From contig CAWAKC010000001.1 of NCBI GenBank assembly GCA_963782525.1, forward strand, positions 128,001 through 192,000: DNA of 64,000 bases, in the 5' to 3' direction. The stretch's first letter is position 1, and each line of letters opens with the position of its first letter. The position numbers were made by a program, and so were the translations under genes. The notes below the pieces were generated by a model. That model made no database searches, had not been told where the DNA came from, and worked only from the letters and a program-made list of their open reading frames with translations. This DNA is from Candidatus Bathyarchaeota archaeon. Its GTDB lineage: Archaea; Thermoproteota; Bathyarchaeia; Bathyarchaeales; Bathycorpusculaceae. Shown one piece after another: positions 21,746 through 31,872 of the stretch.

Positions 21746-22294
21746 CTAACGGATAGATTGTTTTTCTATTATATACATTAACGCACGAATGCCTTTTAGT
21801 ATCTTGTGGGGAGAAGGCGGGTTGCCTAAAATTTTGAGGTCAACATGGAAAATTTTGTCTGCGCCACCCAGAACAGCGTACGAATCGTTGAGGATTCCGC
21901 ATCCGCAAGCGTCATCGCCTACTGCAATTACGAATTTTGGCGCGGGCATGGCTTCGTAAGTTTTCTTGGCTGCTATCTCCATGTTGCGTGTTATGGCGCC
22001 TGTAACTATGAGGACGTCAGCATGTCGGGGGGAAGCGACGAAGGATATGCCGAAGCGTTCAACATCGCAGTATGGGGTTGAGAGGTTATTGAGTTCAATT
22101 TCCGTTGAATTGTCGCTGCCTGCATCTAGTTCACGGATGGCTAAGCTTCCGCCAAAAATCTTGTCCACTTTTTCCTTGATTTGCACACCTATAGCTTCGA
22201 ATTCCGAATCGCTAAACTGGAATTGGTCGGTGGTCGGTTTTTTGAAGACGTTAGAGATTGCTTTTGCCATAATATCACATATCCGTTCCTGCAT
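21746..22294 (-). CDS. Ehr/HyfI-like small subunit (NuoB family) lacking the canonical Fe-S cysteines
   Basis: DVERFGISFVASPRHADVLIVTG, YEAMPAPKFVIAVG, PPSP; start probably ATG ~22270. Confidence 0.9.
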   Translation of the reverse strand: MQERICDIMAKAISNVFKKPTTDQFQFSDSEFEAIGVQIKEKVDKIFGGSLAIRELDAGSDNSTEIELNNLSTPYCDVERFGISFVASPRHADVLIVTGAITRNMEIAAKKTYEAMPAPKFVIAVGDDACGCGILNDSYAVLGGADKIFHVDLKILGNPPSPHKILKGIRALMYIIEKQSIR

Positions 22295-23834
22295 ATGAGA
22301 GGTTCATGCTCTTGTTGATTAATGGAAAATCTGGAACAATATTTCCAAGGACGGCATGCTCCATGGCTTGCCAGTTGCAGAAAGAAGCCGTCCGCACCTT
22401 GTAGCGGTAGATTAAGCCTTCTTTGATTTGGACCCAATGAACGTTCTGTCCCCGAGGTGCCTCCACAAGCGACAAAGCATATCCGTCTTTGATTTGGCAA
22501 GGCACCGAAATGTCTCCACTTACAAATTCATTGAGTAATCGCTGAATTATTTGTACTGAATCCCGCACTTCTTTAGCTTTAAGGTTGAATCGGGCAAGAA
22601 CATCACCGTTTGCCTGAGTTCTGCCTTTAAGTTTAAGCTCTGGGTACAAACCATACGGATGGGTTATTCGTGTATCGCACATTTTTCCCGAAGCCCTTGC
22701 AACGGGACCTGTAATGTGGAGGGGTTCAAGGATTTCCGCTCTAACTTTGCCCGTAGTCTCGAACCGGTCAACGACCGAAAAGTAGGTGCTGTCGATTCCT
22801 GTGGCATCGTTGAGCCTCTCCGGGAAAGATAAAAGATAATTTGAGAGGTTTTTGAGTGCCCCTTCTGGAACATCCTTGGTTAATCCACCAACTACTACGA
22901 TGCCTTTCATGAATCTGGAACCAGTCAAAGCGTCGTTTTGCCTAAAAATTTCTTCTCTAAGGATGAAGAATGGGCTGGCACCAACGGGGTAGGCTACATC
23001 GACGCACATACCTGCCAAGTCTCCAAGATGCGAATAAATCCGTTCAAGCTCAAACAGTATAGTCCTAAGTTGTAGGGCTCGTTTTGGCACTTCTGAACCG
23101 CAGATTTTTTCAACCGCATTACAGTAGCCAACGGCGTTAGCGACGGTTTCGTCCCCACTAATAGTTTCAGCGATTCGAACGCAGTCTTGAGGTTTTACAC
23201 CTTCCGCAAGCTTCTCCAATCCGCGGTGCTTGTAGAAAAGCCTCACTTCCAGATTAAAAATGGTCTCACCGATAACGCTAAATCTGAAGTGACCAGGCTC
23301 TATAATTCCAGCGTGAACTGGCCCTACTGGAATCTGGTAGACTCCTTCGCCTTCAACCTGCTTGAAATAGTATTCGTTTTGGTCGCCGGCCGTTGAGGTT
23401 TCTATTTTGCCATTTTTGAATGATTTTAAGAGCGGATGGAAGCCTGACGGGTAAGTCTCATGCAGGAACAGTCTTCTTGTGTCGAAGGCTCCTTGGAATT
23501 CTATTCCGAAGCCGTCGGTGATTTCCCGTTCGTACCAACATGCGGATGGGTAAGTTTTAGCGATAGAAACCGCGTGATTATCGGTTAGAGTAGATTGCAG
23601 GACCAGGATTTGCTTGAAACCGGGAATTTCGAACGTATAGAATAGGGTGAATCCTTTTTCAGCGAAATCTTCAACGCAGAATAGGCTTATGAGTTCAAAC
23701 CTGTTTTCGTCGAAGATGCCGATGGCTTTTTGTAAGTCGATTATGTTGAGGGACAAGTATACGTCGTTGTTTAAGCCTTCAGTTAAGGTGAGTTTTTGGC
23801 CAGAAATTGTTTCGAGTACTTCTTTGAGGTTCAT
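22275..23834 (-). CDS. Ehr/HyfG-like large subunit (NuoC+NuoD fusion) without NiFe-binding motifs
   Basis: WYEREI, GPVHAGIIEPGHFRF, HRGLEK, ETISGD, ELERIYSH, EAPRG, DFPLINKSMNLSYAGTDM. Confidence 0.92.
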   Translation of the reverse strand: MNLKEVLETISGQKLTLTEGLNNDVYLSLNIIDLQKAIGIFDENRFELISLFCVEDFAEKGFTLFYTFEIPGFKQILVLQSTLTDNHAVSIAKTYPSACWYEREITDGFGIEFQGAFDTRRLFLHETYPSGFHPLLKSFKNGKIETSTAGDQNEYYFKQVEGEGVYQIPVGPVHAGIIEPGHFRFSVIGETIFNLEVRLFYKHRGLEKLAEGVKPQDCVRIAETISGDETVANAVGYCNAVEKICGSEVPKRALQLRTILFELERIYSHLGDLAGMCVDVAYPVGASPFFILREEIFRQNDALTGSRFMKGIVVVGGLTKDVPEGALKNLSNYLLSFPERLNDATGIDSTYFSVVDRFETTGKVRAEILEPLHITGPVARASGKMCDTRITHPYGLYPELKLKGRTQANGDVLARFNLKAKEVRDSVQIIQRLLNEFVSGDISVPCQIKDGYALSLVEAPRGQNVHWVQIKEGLIYRYKVRTASFCNWQAMEHAVLGNIVPDFPLINKSMNLSYAGTDM

Positions 23835-23839
23835 TTATT

Positions 23840-25315
23840 TCACCCTATTTTTAATTCTGACACGATGCTGTTGAGCAAGTTGGTTAGTTGCTGTGGGAAG
23901 AATACGCCCAAAGCAAAAACAGTGACCAAAAGGATTACAATTGGGATTTTCATGCCCAACGAAGCTTCATAACGCTTCACCCCTGGTGAATCTTCTTCTT
24001 TTTTGGACAGCAACTTAATCATAAAAATCCCGAATGCGCCAGCCACAAAAAGGAAAACTATCAGCAAACCCAAAAGCAAAAAAGGCGACAACTTGGTCGA
24101 TTCCAAAAGAATTGAAAGTTTGGGCAGAAAAATCGCTGATAGGGGCATGCCGATTATTGCTATTGTACCGAGTATCAGGCTCCATGCGGCGAAGGGTTGG
24201 AATTTGAAGACGTTTCTTATATGTTCCATTCGGACACTTTTATACTGATGGTGAAGGATACCTGCAGATAAGAAAAGGGAAGCCTTCGTGAAAGCATGTG
24301 CCAAAGTATAGAAAAGTAACCAGAACAACGCCAAAGGTGTTCCTATGCCTAACCCAACGAGAAGAAAACCCATGTTTTCCACGGTTGAGTAGCCGATGAG
24401 TTTCTTTAGGTTCACCTGGTTGAGCATTGTTAACGCTGCAATAACCATGCTTATCAAGCCAAAACCGATCAGGAACCAAGAAATTTTTGGCAACTCAGAG
24501 GTTTGGGATGCAATCGCGTAAACCCTGATAATGCCGTAGATGCCTACGCTTGTAACGCATCCTGATAGGATGGCGCTGACTGGGGCAGGAGCTTTAGAGT
24601 GCGCGCTGGGTAGCCAAGCGTGAAAAGGAACGATTCCTGATTTTGCAGCGAAGCCCACAAACGTGAAGATAAAGGCTGCAAACATTATTGCAGGTGACAG
24701 GGTGCTGGCGATTGACATTAATGAGCTCCAGTTGAGGGTGCCTGCACCAAAATTGTTTTCGGTTAGGGTAAAGATGAGTATTAAACCGATGAAAGAGAAG
24801 AGCATACAGGTGGAGGTTATGAAGACATACTTTAGAGTGGCTCCAATGTTTTTGGGCGCATTTAGGATGACTATGAGGACAGCTGAAAACGCGGTCGTTA
24901 ATTCTGCGAGAATCCAGAAGAGCGCAAGGTTGTCAGCAAAGAACGCGTATGTTATTGCCATTAAGAGCAGGTTGAAGGCGACGTAGAAGAGTTTGAGGCT
25001 GCTACGGTCCATCTCATGGATTTCGATGCTACCCTCAATGTAGCCCCTTGAATAAAGGGCTGCAAGCAGGAACAGGAACGCTGAAATCAAAATTTCGTAG
25101 AGGCTAAGATGGTCAACTAAGAAGTAGTTGCCCCCCAAAGAGTAGGTTGGTATTGCGGCGTAGACGAGGGTGAAGAGTGTGAGGACAAGGTAGGATGCTG
25201 GAAGTATGATTGATAAGATGTTCATGGTGCCGTGTGACTTAGAAACCACCGTTAGCAACAAGACCGCAACACCAACAAAGGCGTATATGGCTAATATCAG
25301 GTTTAATGATATCAT
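23840..25315 (-). CDS. HyfF-like antiporter subunit (NuoM/MrpD family)
   Basis: LAELTT, KSGIVPFHAWLPSAHSKAP, KKLIGYSTVENMG, HAFTKASLF. Confidence 0.9.
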   Translation of the reverse strand: MISLNLILAIYAFVGVAVLLLTVVSKSHGTMNILSIILPASYLVLTLFTLVYAAIPTYSLGGNYFLVDHLSLYEILISAFLFLLAALYSRGYIEGSIEIHEMDRSSLKLFYVAFNLLLMAITYAFFADNLALFWILAELTTAFSAVLIVILNAPKNIGATLKYVFITSTCMLFSFIGLILIFTLTENNFGAGTLNWSSLMSIASTLSPAIMFAAFIFTFVGFAAKSGIVPFHAWLPSAHSKAPAPVSAILSGCVTSVGIYGIIRVYAIASQTSELPKISWFLIGFGLISMVIAALTMLNQVNLKKLIGYSTVENMGFLLVGLGIGTPLALFWLLFYTLAHAFTKASLFLSAGILHHQYKSVRMEHIRNVFKFQPFAAWSLILGTIAIIGMPLSAIFLPKLSILLESTKLSPFLLLGLLIVFLFVAGAFGIFMIKLLSKKEEDSPGVKRYEASLGMKIPIVILLVTVFALGVFFPQQLTNLLNSIVSELKIG

Positions 25316-26031
25316 ATTTGTTCAGCCTCCAAATCCTTGATTTCCTCAGAAGTCTTTTTCTGTGAATCATGAAAAGGGTTGAGTCTTGCATGGAACTCTT
25401 CGATTGTTGAGTCGATGCCGAAAGCCAAGATAGTAGCGATAAGCGTTAACATTATCAAATCCACGATGATTAGAACCTCAATCAGCAGGGGAAGCTCAGT
25501 TAGGAAAAGGCTGAAGAGAACAACGCCGTTTTCCATCGTTAAGTAGCCAACGATGTTGGTTAGAGTTTGTTTTCTTGTGAAAATTACAATCATACCCATG
25601 AACACTATGGACATCCCGACGGTGGCGCCGAGAAAGAAGAGATTTGAATTAAAACGGTTCAACTCTGAGAGGAGACTGGAGAAGGCAAAGTAAACAAACA
25701 GTACGATAACTATACTGGCGAGCAACGCTGTTACGGGGCTGAGGAAATGGAACTTGACATCCCTTTTTATGTTAAGCCGCTTCTGCACGACTCCCATGAA
25801 ATGAGGAATAATCAACACTTTACTTACCAAAATAATGATTGCAAGGATCAGCAACGTTATGCTGCCTGTTTCGACAAAATACAGCAGCGCCATCGCTGCT
25901 AACAGCAAAGACTGGAAAGCATACGTCTTTATGAGGGAACGGATATCGCGTTTCATAATTATGACAGCTGCAGTTGCTAGAATCAGAACAATTAGGATTT
26001 GTGCAAGGTTTCCGGTTGAAGCGATTATCAT
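25312..26031 (-). CDS. HyfE-like membrane subunit
   Basis: YAFQS, SKVLIIP, GYLTMENG, ELPLLIE. Confidence 0.88.
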   Translation of the reverse strand: MIIASTGNLAQILIVLILATAAVIIMKRDIRSLIKTYAFQSLLLAAMALLYFVETGSITLLILAIIILVSKVLIIPHFMGVVQKRLNIKRDVKFHFLSPVTALLASIVIVLFVYFAFSSLLSELNRFNSNLFFLGATVGMSIVFMGMIVIFTRKQTLTNIVGYLTMENGVVLFSLFLTELPLLIEVLIIVDLIMLTLIATILAFGIDSTIEEFHARLNPFHDSQKKTSEEIKDLEAEQI

Positions 26032-26984
26032 GCAAACACCTCAATAATTAAGGTTATAATCGAGAGGAAAAGTGCGACTGCAAAAAGCCCTGGAAGACGG
26101 AATAAGCGGGATTTTGCGCATGAGGACTCAAATAACCCGATGATAATAGCGAGCACGATGGCTTTGAGAATAAAGGCGCCAAGCGAAATCAGGATTGGAA
26201 GAGCCGAGAAATCTGATGTTAATCCCCATGGAACAAGAATGTTGATGAGAATTCCCATGAGTAGTAGCTGTTTCATTGCGCTCGACATTTCCATCATAGC
26301 CAGGTTCTTTCCTGATTGCTCAAGAATCATGGCTTCATGAATCATTGTTAATTCGAGGTGGGTTTCTGGGTTATCCACGGGAACTCTGGCGGATTCTACA
26401 ATAATGACGATGAAGATCGAGATTGATACCAGGATTAGAACAGGATTAACCAGAATATTTGAGGCTAAGGCACCTCTGAACATGTCGGGCAGGTTTATGG
26501 TTTTGAAAGCAAACGCAAGGGCGGCAAAGACGACTATTATTACGGGTTCGATTAGTGCGGATATTGCCATTTCTCGGCTGCTTCCCATGCCGCCAAACGT
26601 GCTGCCCGCGTCAAGTCCGGAGAGTGCCATGAAAAACTTTGCCATCGCCAGCAAGTAGAGGAAGAGGATTATGTTTCCCACTAAATCGTTGGGTTGCGGT
26701 ATGACGACGAGCGGAACGAAAAGGCTTGCGACCAAAAGTGCTGCAATGTTTACAAGAGGTGTAATGCGCATAATCCATGACGAATTTGTAGAGTAGACGG
26801 TTTCTTTTTTGAGCAGCTTAGCCAAGTTGCGGTAAGTCTGGAGAATAGGTGGACCACGCCTTTTCTGAGCATGTGCTTTCACTATTTTTATTAAACTAAT
26901 GAATAAAGGCGAGATTAACAGGACAAAGAGCATGTTTAGGATGCCGTATGCGATTAGTGTCAAGTAATCCATTATGCAAACCAC
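26028..26984 (-). CDS. HyfC-like membrane subunit (NuoH family)
   Basis: RRGPPILQTYRNLAKLLKKE, GMGSSRE, RVPVDNPETHLELTMIHEAM. Confidence 0.92.
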   Translation of the reverse strand: MVCIMDYLTLIAYGILNMLFVLLISPLFISLIKIVKAHAQKRRGPPILQTYRNLAKLLKKETVYSTNSSWIMRITPLVNIAALLVASLFVPLVVIPQPNDLVGNIILFLYLLAMAKFFMALSGLDAGSTFGGMGSSREMAISALIEPVIIVVFAALAFAFKTINLPDMFRGALASNILVNPVLILVSISIFIVIIVESARVPVDNPETHLELTMIHEAMILEQSGKNLAMMEMSSAMKQLLLMGILINILVPWGLTSDFSALPILISLGAFILKAIVLAIIIGLFESSCAKSRLFRLPGLFAVALFLSIITLIIEVFA

Positions 26985-28912
26985 CAGATTATCAGTAGAA
27001 ATACAACTATAGTTACAAAGGCGTACGCGATGTGCAAGTCAGCGTCACCCCGCTGGACGTTGTTCACTTTTAGGGATATTTTTCTGATAATGGCTGCGGC
27101 GGGCAGGTAGATGCGCTCTTCGAAGAAATTTATCAAGTGAATTTCTGCTTTTCCATCCTTGAAAATTACGTTTTTATCGTCGTAGTAGTTTCGTTCGGAT
27201 TTCTTTTGGGTTCGGAAAATCGATTTTAGGATGGTGACTATTGGTTCGGAGAATCCTGAAGCGGTGTACTCCATCTTGGCTGTTTGGGTTGGGAATCCGC
27301 AACCCCATGTTTCAGCGATTCGTTCCCGCCTGTTAGCAACCTCACGCATGGCAATGAATGTAAACACATAGAAGCCTCCTAGTATTAACCCAATGAAGAG
27401 CATGTTTGGCAGCGGGAACGAGAAACCCAAAACACTGAAAAGCTGCAGAGAGAAAACTCCCAACGCAATACATAAAGCGGCTAGTATGGCTGGTCCAATA
27501 ATCATGAGTTTAGGTGATTCCTTAGCCATCTTTGCCTCGTTTGAGCGCGGCAATGCAAGGAAAGTTATCCCAAATGCCTTTACAAAACACGCCGCCGCAA
27601 GTGCACTTGTTAGAGCAAACACCGCCAATGAAGCAATCAAAATCACTTCAAGGAATGGGTTGGCTAAAGCTGCAGATTGAAAGAAGGCTTGAAAAATCAT
27701 GAGTTCACTTACGAACCCATTAAAAGGCGGCAACGCCGAAATTGAGACGGCACCGATTAAGAAAAGTAGGGCGGTTTTGGGCATACGCTTGATTAAGCCA
27801 CCCATTTCCTCGATGTTGCGTGTACCAGTAGCGTTGACTATGCTGCCGCTGGTCATGAAGAGCAGGCTTTTGAAGATGGCGTGGTTTAGGGTGTGGAATA
27901 GGGCACCTGCGAGGGCAAGAAATGCGATGGCTTCTAGCCCAGCGAGCGAGAAGATTACGAATAGTCCGACGCCGATTAAGATGATGCCGATGTTTTCGAT
28001 GCTGTGATAGGCGAGTAAACGTTTGATATCATGTTCTTTTAGAGCATAGATTACACCTAGTACCGCCGAGGTTGTTCCTGCAGCGAGGATTAGGATGCCC
28101 CACCAAGTTTGCATCGGCAAAAGCAATATAAAGCGCACTAAGCCGTAAATGGCGACTTTTATCATAACTCCTGACATAAGTGCGGATATGTTGGAAGGGC
28201 TTGCGGGATGGGCGTGTGGCAGCCATTTGTGGAAGGGTATGATTCCTGCTTTTATGCCGAAGCCCAAGAACAGAAATACAAATGCTATTGAAGTGATTAC
28301 GGGGTCTGCCCGTATCTGCCCCATATTGAAGGTGCCGGTCACAACGTAGATGAAGAGGAATGCGAAAAGAAGGAAAAGCGTACTTAAGTGGGTCATTATG
28401 AAGTAGAACATGCCTGCTTTCTGGGTGTCCTTTTTCTCAAACTCGACCATCACAAGTAAAAATGAGGAGAGCGCCATGATTTCCCAGAAAAACAGGAACG
28501 AAAACATGGAAAATGATGCGACAACTAGAACCATGGAGACGATAAAGATGTTCATGAAGGACACAATCAGATTTTTCCTGCCCTCGTGCTCAGTGTGCTC
28601 AACATAAGAAAACGAATAAATCGCCACTGCAACCGAAACAATCGCGACTAATACGAGAAAGAACGCCGCTAACCTATCGACAAAGAATGAGAACTGAAAA
28701 GAGGGCACCATCTGGTAGGCGAGGAGCGAAAAACTTTTGTTAGAGAGGATTATTTCCAAGGCAAAAGCCAAGATGGCGACACCAGCGATACAGGTGAATA
28801 TCAGAGAAGCCTGTCTTGGAGTTTTGCTGTTTGTCATTTTTGAGGCTAAAAGAGGCAAAAGGATTGCTACAAGAAATGAAGCTAAGCCTAACGGAAACAA
28901 GATTTCGAGCAT
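26972..28912 (-). CDS. HyfB-like antiporter subunit (NuoL/MrpA family)
   Basis: FWEIMALSS, KAGIIPFHKWLPHAHP, KRLLAYHSIENIG, NHAIFKSLLF, PPFNGFVSE, TWGCG. Confidence 0.92.
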   Translation of the reverse strand: MLEILFPLGLASFLVAILLPLLASKMTNSKTPRQASLIFTCIAGVAILAFALEIILSNKSFSLLAYQMVPSFQFSFFVDRLAAFFLVLVAIVSVAVAIYSFSYVEHTEHEGRKNLIVSFMNIFIVSMVLVVASFSMFSFLFFWEIMALSSFLLVMVEFEKKDTQKAGMFYFIMTHLSTLFLLFAFLFIYVVTGTFNMGQIRADPVITSIAFVFLFLGFGIKAGIIPFHKWLPHAHPASPSNISALMSGVMIKVAIYGLVRFILLLPMQTWWGILILAAGTTSAVLGVIYALKEHDIKRLLAYHSIENIGIILIGVGLFVIFSLAGLEAIAFLALAGALFHTLNHAIFKSLLFMTSGSIVNATGTRNIEEMGGLIKRMPKTALLFLIGAVSISALPPFNGFVSELMIFQAFFQSAALANPFLEVILIASLAVFALTSALAAACFVKAFGITFLALPRSNEAKMAKESPKLMIIGPAILAALCIALGVFSLQLFSVLGFSFPLPNMLFIGLILGGFYVFTFIAMREVANRRERIAETWGCGFPTQTAKMEYTASGFSEPIVTILKSIFRTQKKSERNYYDDKNVIFKDGKAEIHLINFFEERIYLPAAAIIRKISLKVNNVQRGDADLHIAYAFVTIVVFLLIIWWFA

Positions 28913-29335
28913 AAAGTGCCTCTATGTTGAAGAATTAACCCATGGCACCGTCTGACTGAGCGCCTCGATGAAACCGCCTGAAAAAGATAGCCAAATAGTC
29001 AGTTTTGGTATTAGTCGGGTTCTCATGTTAAGTCTATCGCCCACCACAACCATATAGAAAAGCTTTTTGGCGCTGAATCGACAGAAAACCAAGGGATGAT
29101 TAAATGTGCAAGTGAACACCATTTTATAGCGAAAAATAACAACCAACATGCTGTCGTAATACTATTAAGATAAACGATTAGAAAATATACTCCGCAATGA
29201 GAAAATGTTTAATATCAATCAAACAAAAATAAGCCCGCAAAAACTCCAATCAATTTGCTCACCGGGATGCCAAGTAGAACAAGCGTAGTTTAGAGCCAAT
29301 TGGGCACAAACTAAATACTTCGATAGCCATACGTT

Positions 29336-30211
29336 TTGTCTATGGGTTACCAACCTCGAAAAACATCACCTAAGGGCGCAATTCACGGGTACAAAAAGCC
29401 TCTGCGGGAAAGAAGGAAAGATAGAAAACGGGTTCGCAAAGGACTTGTTCAACCGTTACCCGAAGAAAAGCATGTTCCATCTGAGCGGGAAATTGTAGGC
29501 GTTACCCTCAAACGACTGCACACTTTAGGCATCCAAAAGTTTGGGTCGTCACCCTTCAGCGAACACTTCGACCGATGGCTAATTAACGTAACGTCTGTTC
29601 TGGAAGAGTTTGAGTCACACCCTGCCATGGGAGTTGACGATGAATTTATTCAGGAGCGCTCACAAGCACTCGCCACCATTAAGCAGCAACTGGATAAATT
29701 AAGCCGTAATGAATCTACGCTTGACCAAGAATTAAAAAACCTCTCTGACCAGAGAACCCGCCTCAAGCAAATCAACTCCGAATACTCAACTTCAGCAGGG
29801 ATTATTAGAGGTCAAAGAAACCGTGAAATCAAACGCCTCAATGCTTCAATTAATCTTCTAAAAAAGGAACAGGATGAAGTGATCCGCATGAAAACCGGAT
29901 TTTTCCACGGCATCTCCAAAAAAGATAGGGAACAAAAAGAAGGTGCAATAGCGCAAGAAATAAATGATAAGCAAACAGAGCTGGAATTAGTTATGCTGGA
30001 TTTTAGCGCTAAACTTAAAGAACTCAAAGAAGAATACGATACAAAAAGGGAGCCGGTGCTTGAAGAAATAAAAAAATTTCGCAGAACAATCCAAACCCTC
30101 GAGATGGACTGTTCCTTAGAGGAGCGATGGTTTGGCTGTGAAGCCATCATAGACACCGTAAACTCATTTCTTCTGAGAAAATCAACCCAACCCAAGGGAG
30201 ATCTGAACTAA
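29336..30211 (+). CDS. Coiled-coil hypothetical protein
   Basis: 291-aa ORF with a basic N-terminus and long heptad E/K/L-rich helices. Confidence 0.7.
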   Translation: MSMGYQPRKTSPKGAIHGYKKPLRERRKDRKRVRKGLVQPLPEEKHVPSEREIVGVTLKRLHTLGIQKFGSSPFSEHFDRWLINVTSVLEEFESHPAMGVDDEFIQERSQALATIKQQLDKLSRNESTLDQELKNLSDQRTRLKQINSEYSTSAGIIRGQRNREIKRLNASINLLKKEQDEVIRMKTGFFHGISKKDREQKEGAIAQEINDKQTELELVMLDFSAKLKELKEEYDTKREPVLEEIKKFRRTIQTLEMDCSLEERWFGCEAIIDTVNSFLLRKSTQPKGDLN

Positions 30212-30684
30212 AAATCCTCTTTTACTAAGCGATAGAAATACCAATCCTTTAAGCATTTGGCTTTGTTTTTTTCATAGAATTTCTGCGCTGACTTGTTCCA
30301 TGTTAGAACGGTAAACTCTATTCTGCCGCATCCTTCCCGTTTAGCTGTAGCTTTTATGAAGTCGAACATTTTTTCGCCTACCCCATTTCGTCTGAACTCT
30401 TCAAGGACGTAGATGTCTTCGAGGAAGAGTGTTGGCAATGCGAGGAAGCTTGAATAGGTGAAGAAGAATATGATGTATGAAACGTACCTGTCGTCGACTT
30501 TTCCTATGAACGCTTGATACTTGGGCTTGTCAGATAAACAGTCCCTCCGCAACCTCTGTTTTGCCTCTACATTAGGCGGGGATAGCTTCTCGTACTCAGC
30601 AAGCTTTGCGATTAAACCCAGAAAATCATCGAATGTTTTTTCATCGACTTTTTCGATAACTATCGAGGATTCTTCTTTGTGCAT
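30208..30684 (-). CDS. GNAT acetyltransferase (spermidine/spermine N1-acetyltransferase-like)
   Basis: LAEYEKL, LFLEDIYV..RRNGVG, VLTWN..A..FY. Confidence 0.88.
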   Translation of the reverse strand: MHKEESSIVIEKVDEKTFDDFLGLIAKLAEYEKLSPPNVEAKQRLRRDCLSDKPKYQAFIGKVDDRYVSYIIFFFTYSSFLALPTLFLEDIYVLEEFRRNGVGEKMFDFIKATAKREGCGRIEFTVLTWNKSAQKFYEKNKAKCLKDWYFYRLVKEDF

Positions 30685-30823
30685 GAAATGTATTGGTGAC
30701 CTTGAGATTAAAAGTACTTACTATAGAGAAATGAAATTTTGTTGTTTAAAAGCTCCATCAGATAATTTTTGGTTCCTTTTAATAAGTTAAAGTTATAAAT
30801 AATTACTTACCAAAAAGGTAACC

Positions 30824-31042
30824 ATGAAGAATTCTGAATGCACAATCTACATCATGCTCAAAGAAAAATGGATACAGAAATTCAGAAAAGAAGCAGATGG
30901 CTGGAAAGAATATAGCCGAAACGGCACCATTCGCCCATGCACAGCAGAACAATTCATCTCTCATATCCTTCCACTGTTGGCGGGAATAAAAGGACCAAAC
31001 GTAACGGTCAAGGCTGAACCTGATGAGAAGAAGAAAACTTAG
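30824..31042 (+). CDS. Small hypothetical protein
   Basis: 72-aa ORF downstream of a TATA-like TTATAAAT. Confidence 0.5.
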   Translation: MKNSECTIYIMLKEKWIQKFRKEADGWKEYSRNGTIRPCTAEQFISHILPLLAGIKGPNVTVKAEPDEKKKT

Positions 31043-31152
31043 GTAAACTTGGAATTTGATGTTAAAGCGGAGCGGTTAAGCGGTTGTGGTTGCGCTTATG
31101 CAGTCACAGAGTCTTAAAGGCACGTTTTTACAAAATAAGAATGGTGTTTTAA

Positions 31153-31434
31153 TTGGAAAAAACAATGATGAAATATCAAGTTTTAATCAAAACGATTTCA
31201 GGAAGGGGCGGCGAGTTCTGGGAAGCGTTCCAAAGGATGCCTACAGAACCAATGAAAGGAGTAATGATCGAGTCCTCATGGAGCCTTTACGGATACTGGG
31301 ATTTTGTCATCTTCTTCAAAGCCGATAGCAACGAAAACAGCCTTCACTTCGTCGGCGAAGTCTTGAGAGCAATTCCGGGCATAGCCGATACCAGCACATC
31401 GCCGATGACCATTCTCAAAGAACACAAAATGTAA
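31153..31434 (+). CDS. Lrp/AsnC ligand-binding (GYD-like) domain protein
   Basis: WSLYGYWDFVI...LRAIPGIADTST. Confidence 0.7.
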   Translation: MEKTMMKYQVLIKTISGRGGEFWEAFQRMPTEPMKGVMIESSWSLYGYWDFVIFFKADSNENSLHFVGEVLRAIPGIADTSTSPMTILKEHKM

Positions 31435-31872
31435 AAGGCAACAGTTTTCGCTGTTGTTCTTCCTTTCTTTTCTTTTGAATACAAGATATCGCCTTCGTTT
31501 CTCTTTTTCAACCAAGAATATGTTAGAACAGTTTTCTAAACAAAGTTAAGTTGTTTTTTCTCAAGCTAGCAAATAAGTAATTATCCCTGAAGCCGAAATG
31601 GTTAAAATATTAACCTTTTAGATTACGTAATACGCTTTCAGTTTTTCTAACGCTGTTTCCATTCCTTTTTCCCTTTATTTTTTGTCTGGTTTTCTTTTTT
31701 AGGTTCATTCTTTGCTTTGTTTTTCGCCTTGTTTTTTATTTTCGTCACCCTCCTAACTCTATTCACTATTCAATTGTCAACTCACGCTTATTCGGTTTGC
31801 CTTTCATGAAGCCAACAAAGCAGGTTTTGTTGCGTTAGATTTCACAGCAGGAACTATTATAAGAAAACATAG

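Noticed and set aside
21746-28912. Functional group 4 [NiFe]-hydrogenase / formate hydrogenlyase
   Set aside because: The large subunit lacks both CxxC Ni-binding motifs, and no maturation or fdh genes are adjacent.
28920-29060. Fluoride (crcB) riboswitch upstream of the hyf-like operon
   Set aside because: The GGnGATGG...CTRATG consensus is not found on the coding strand.
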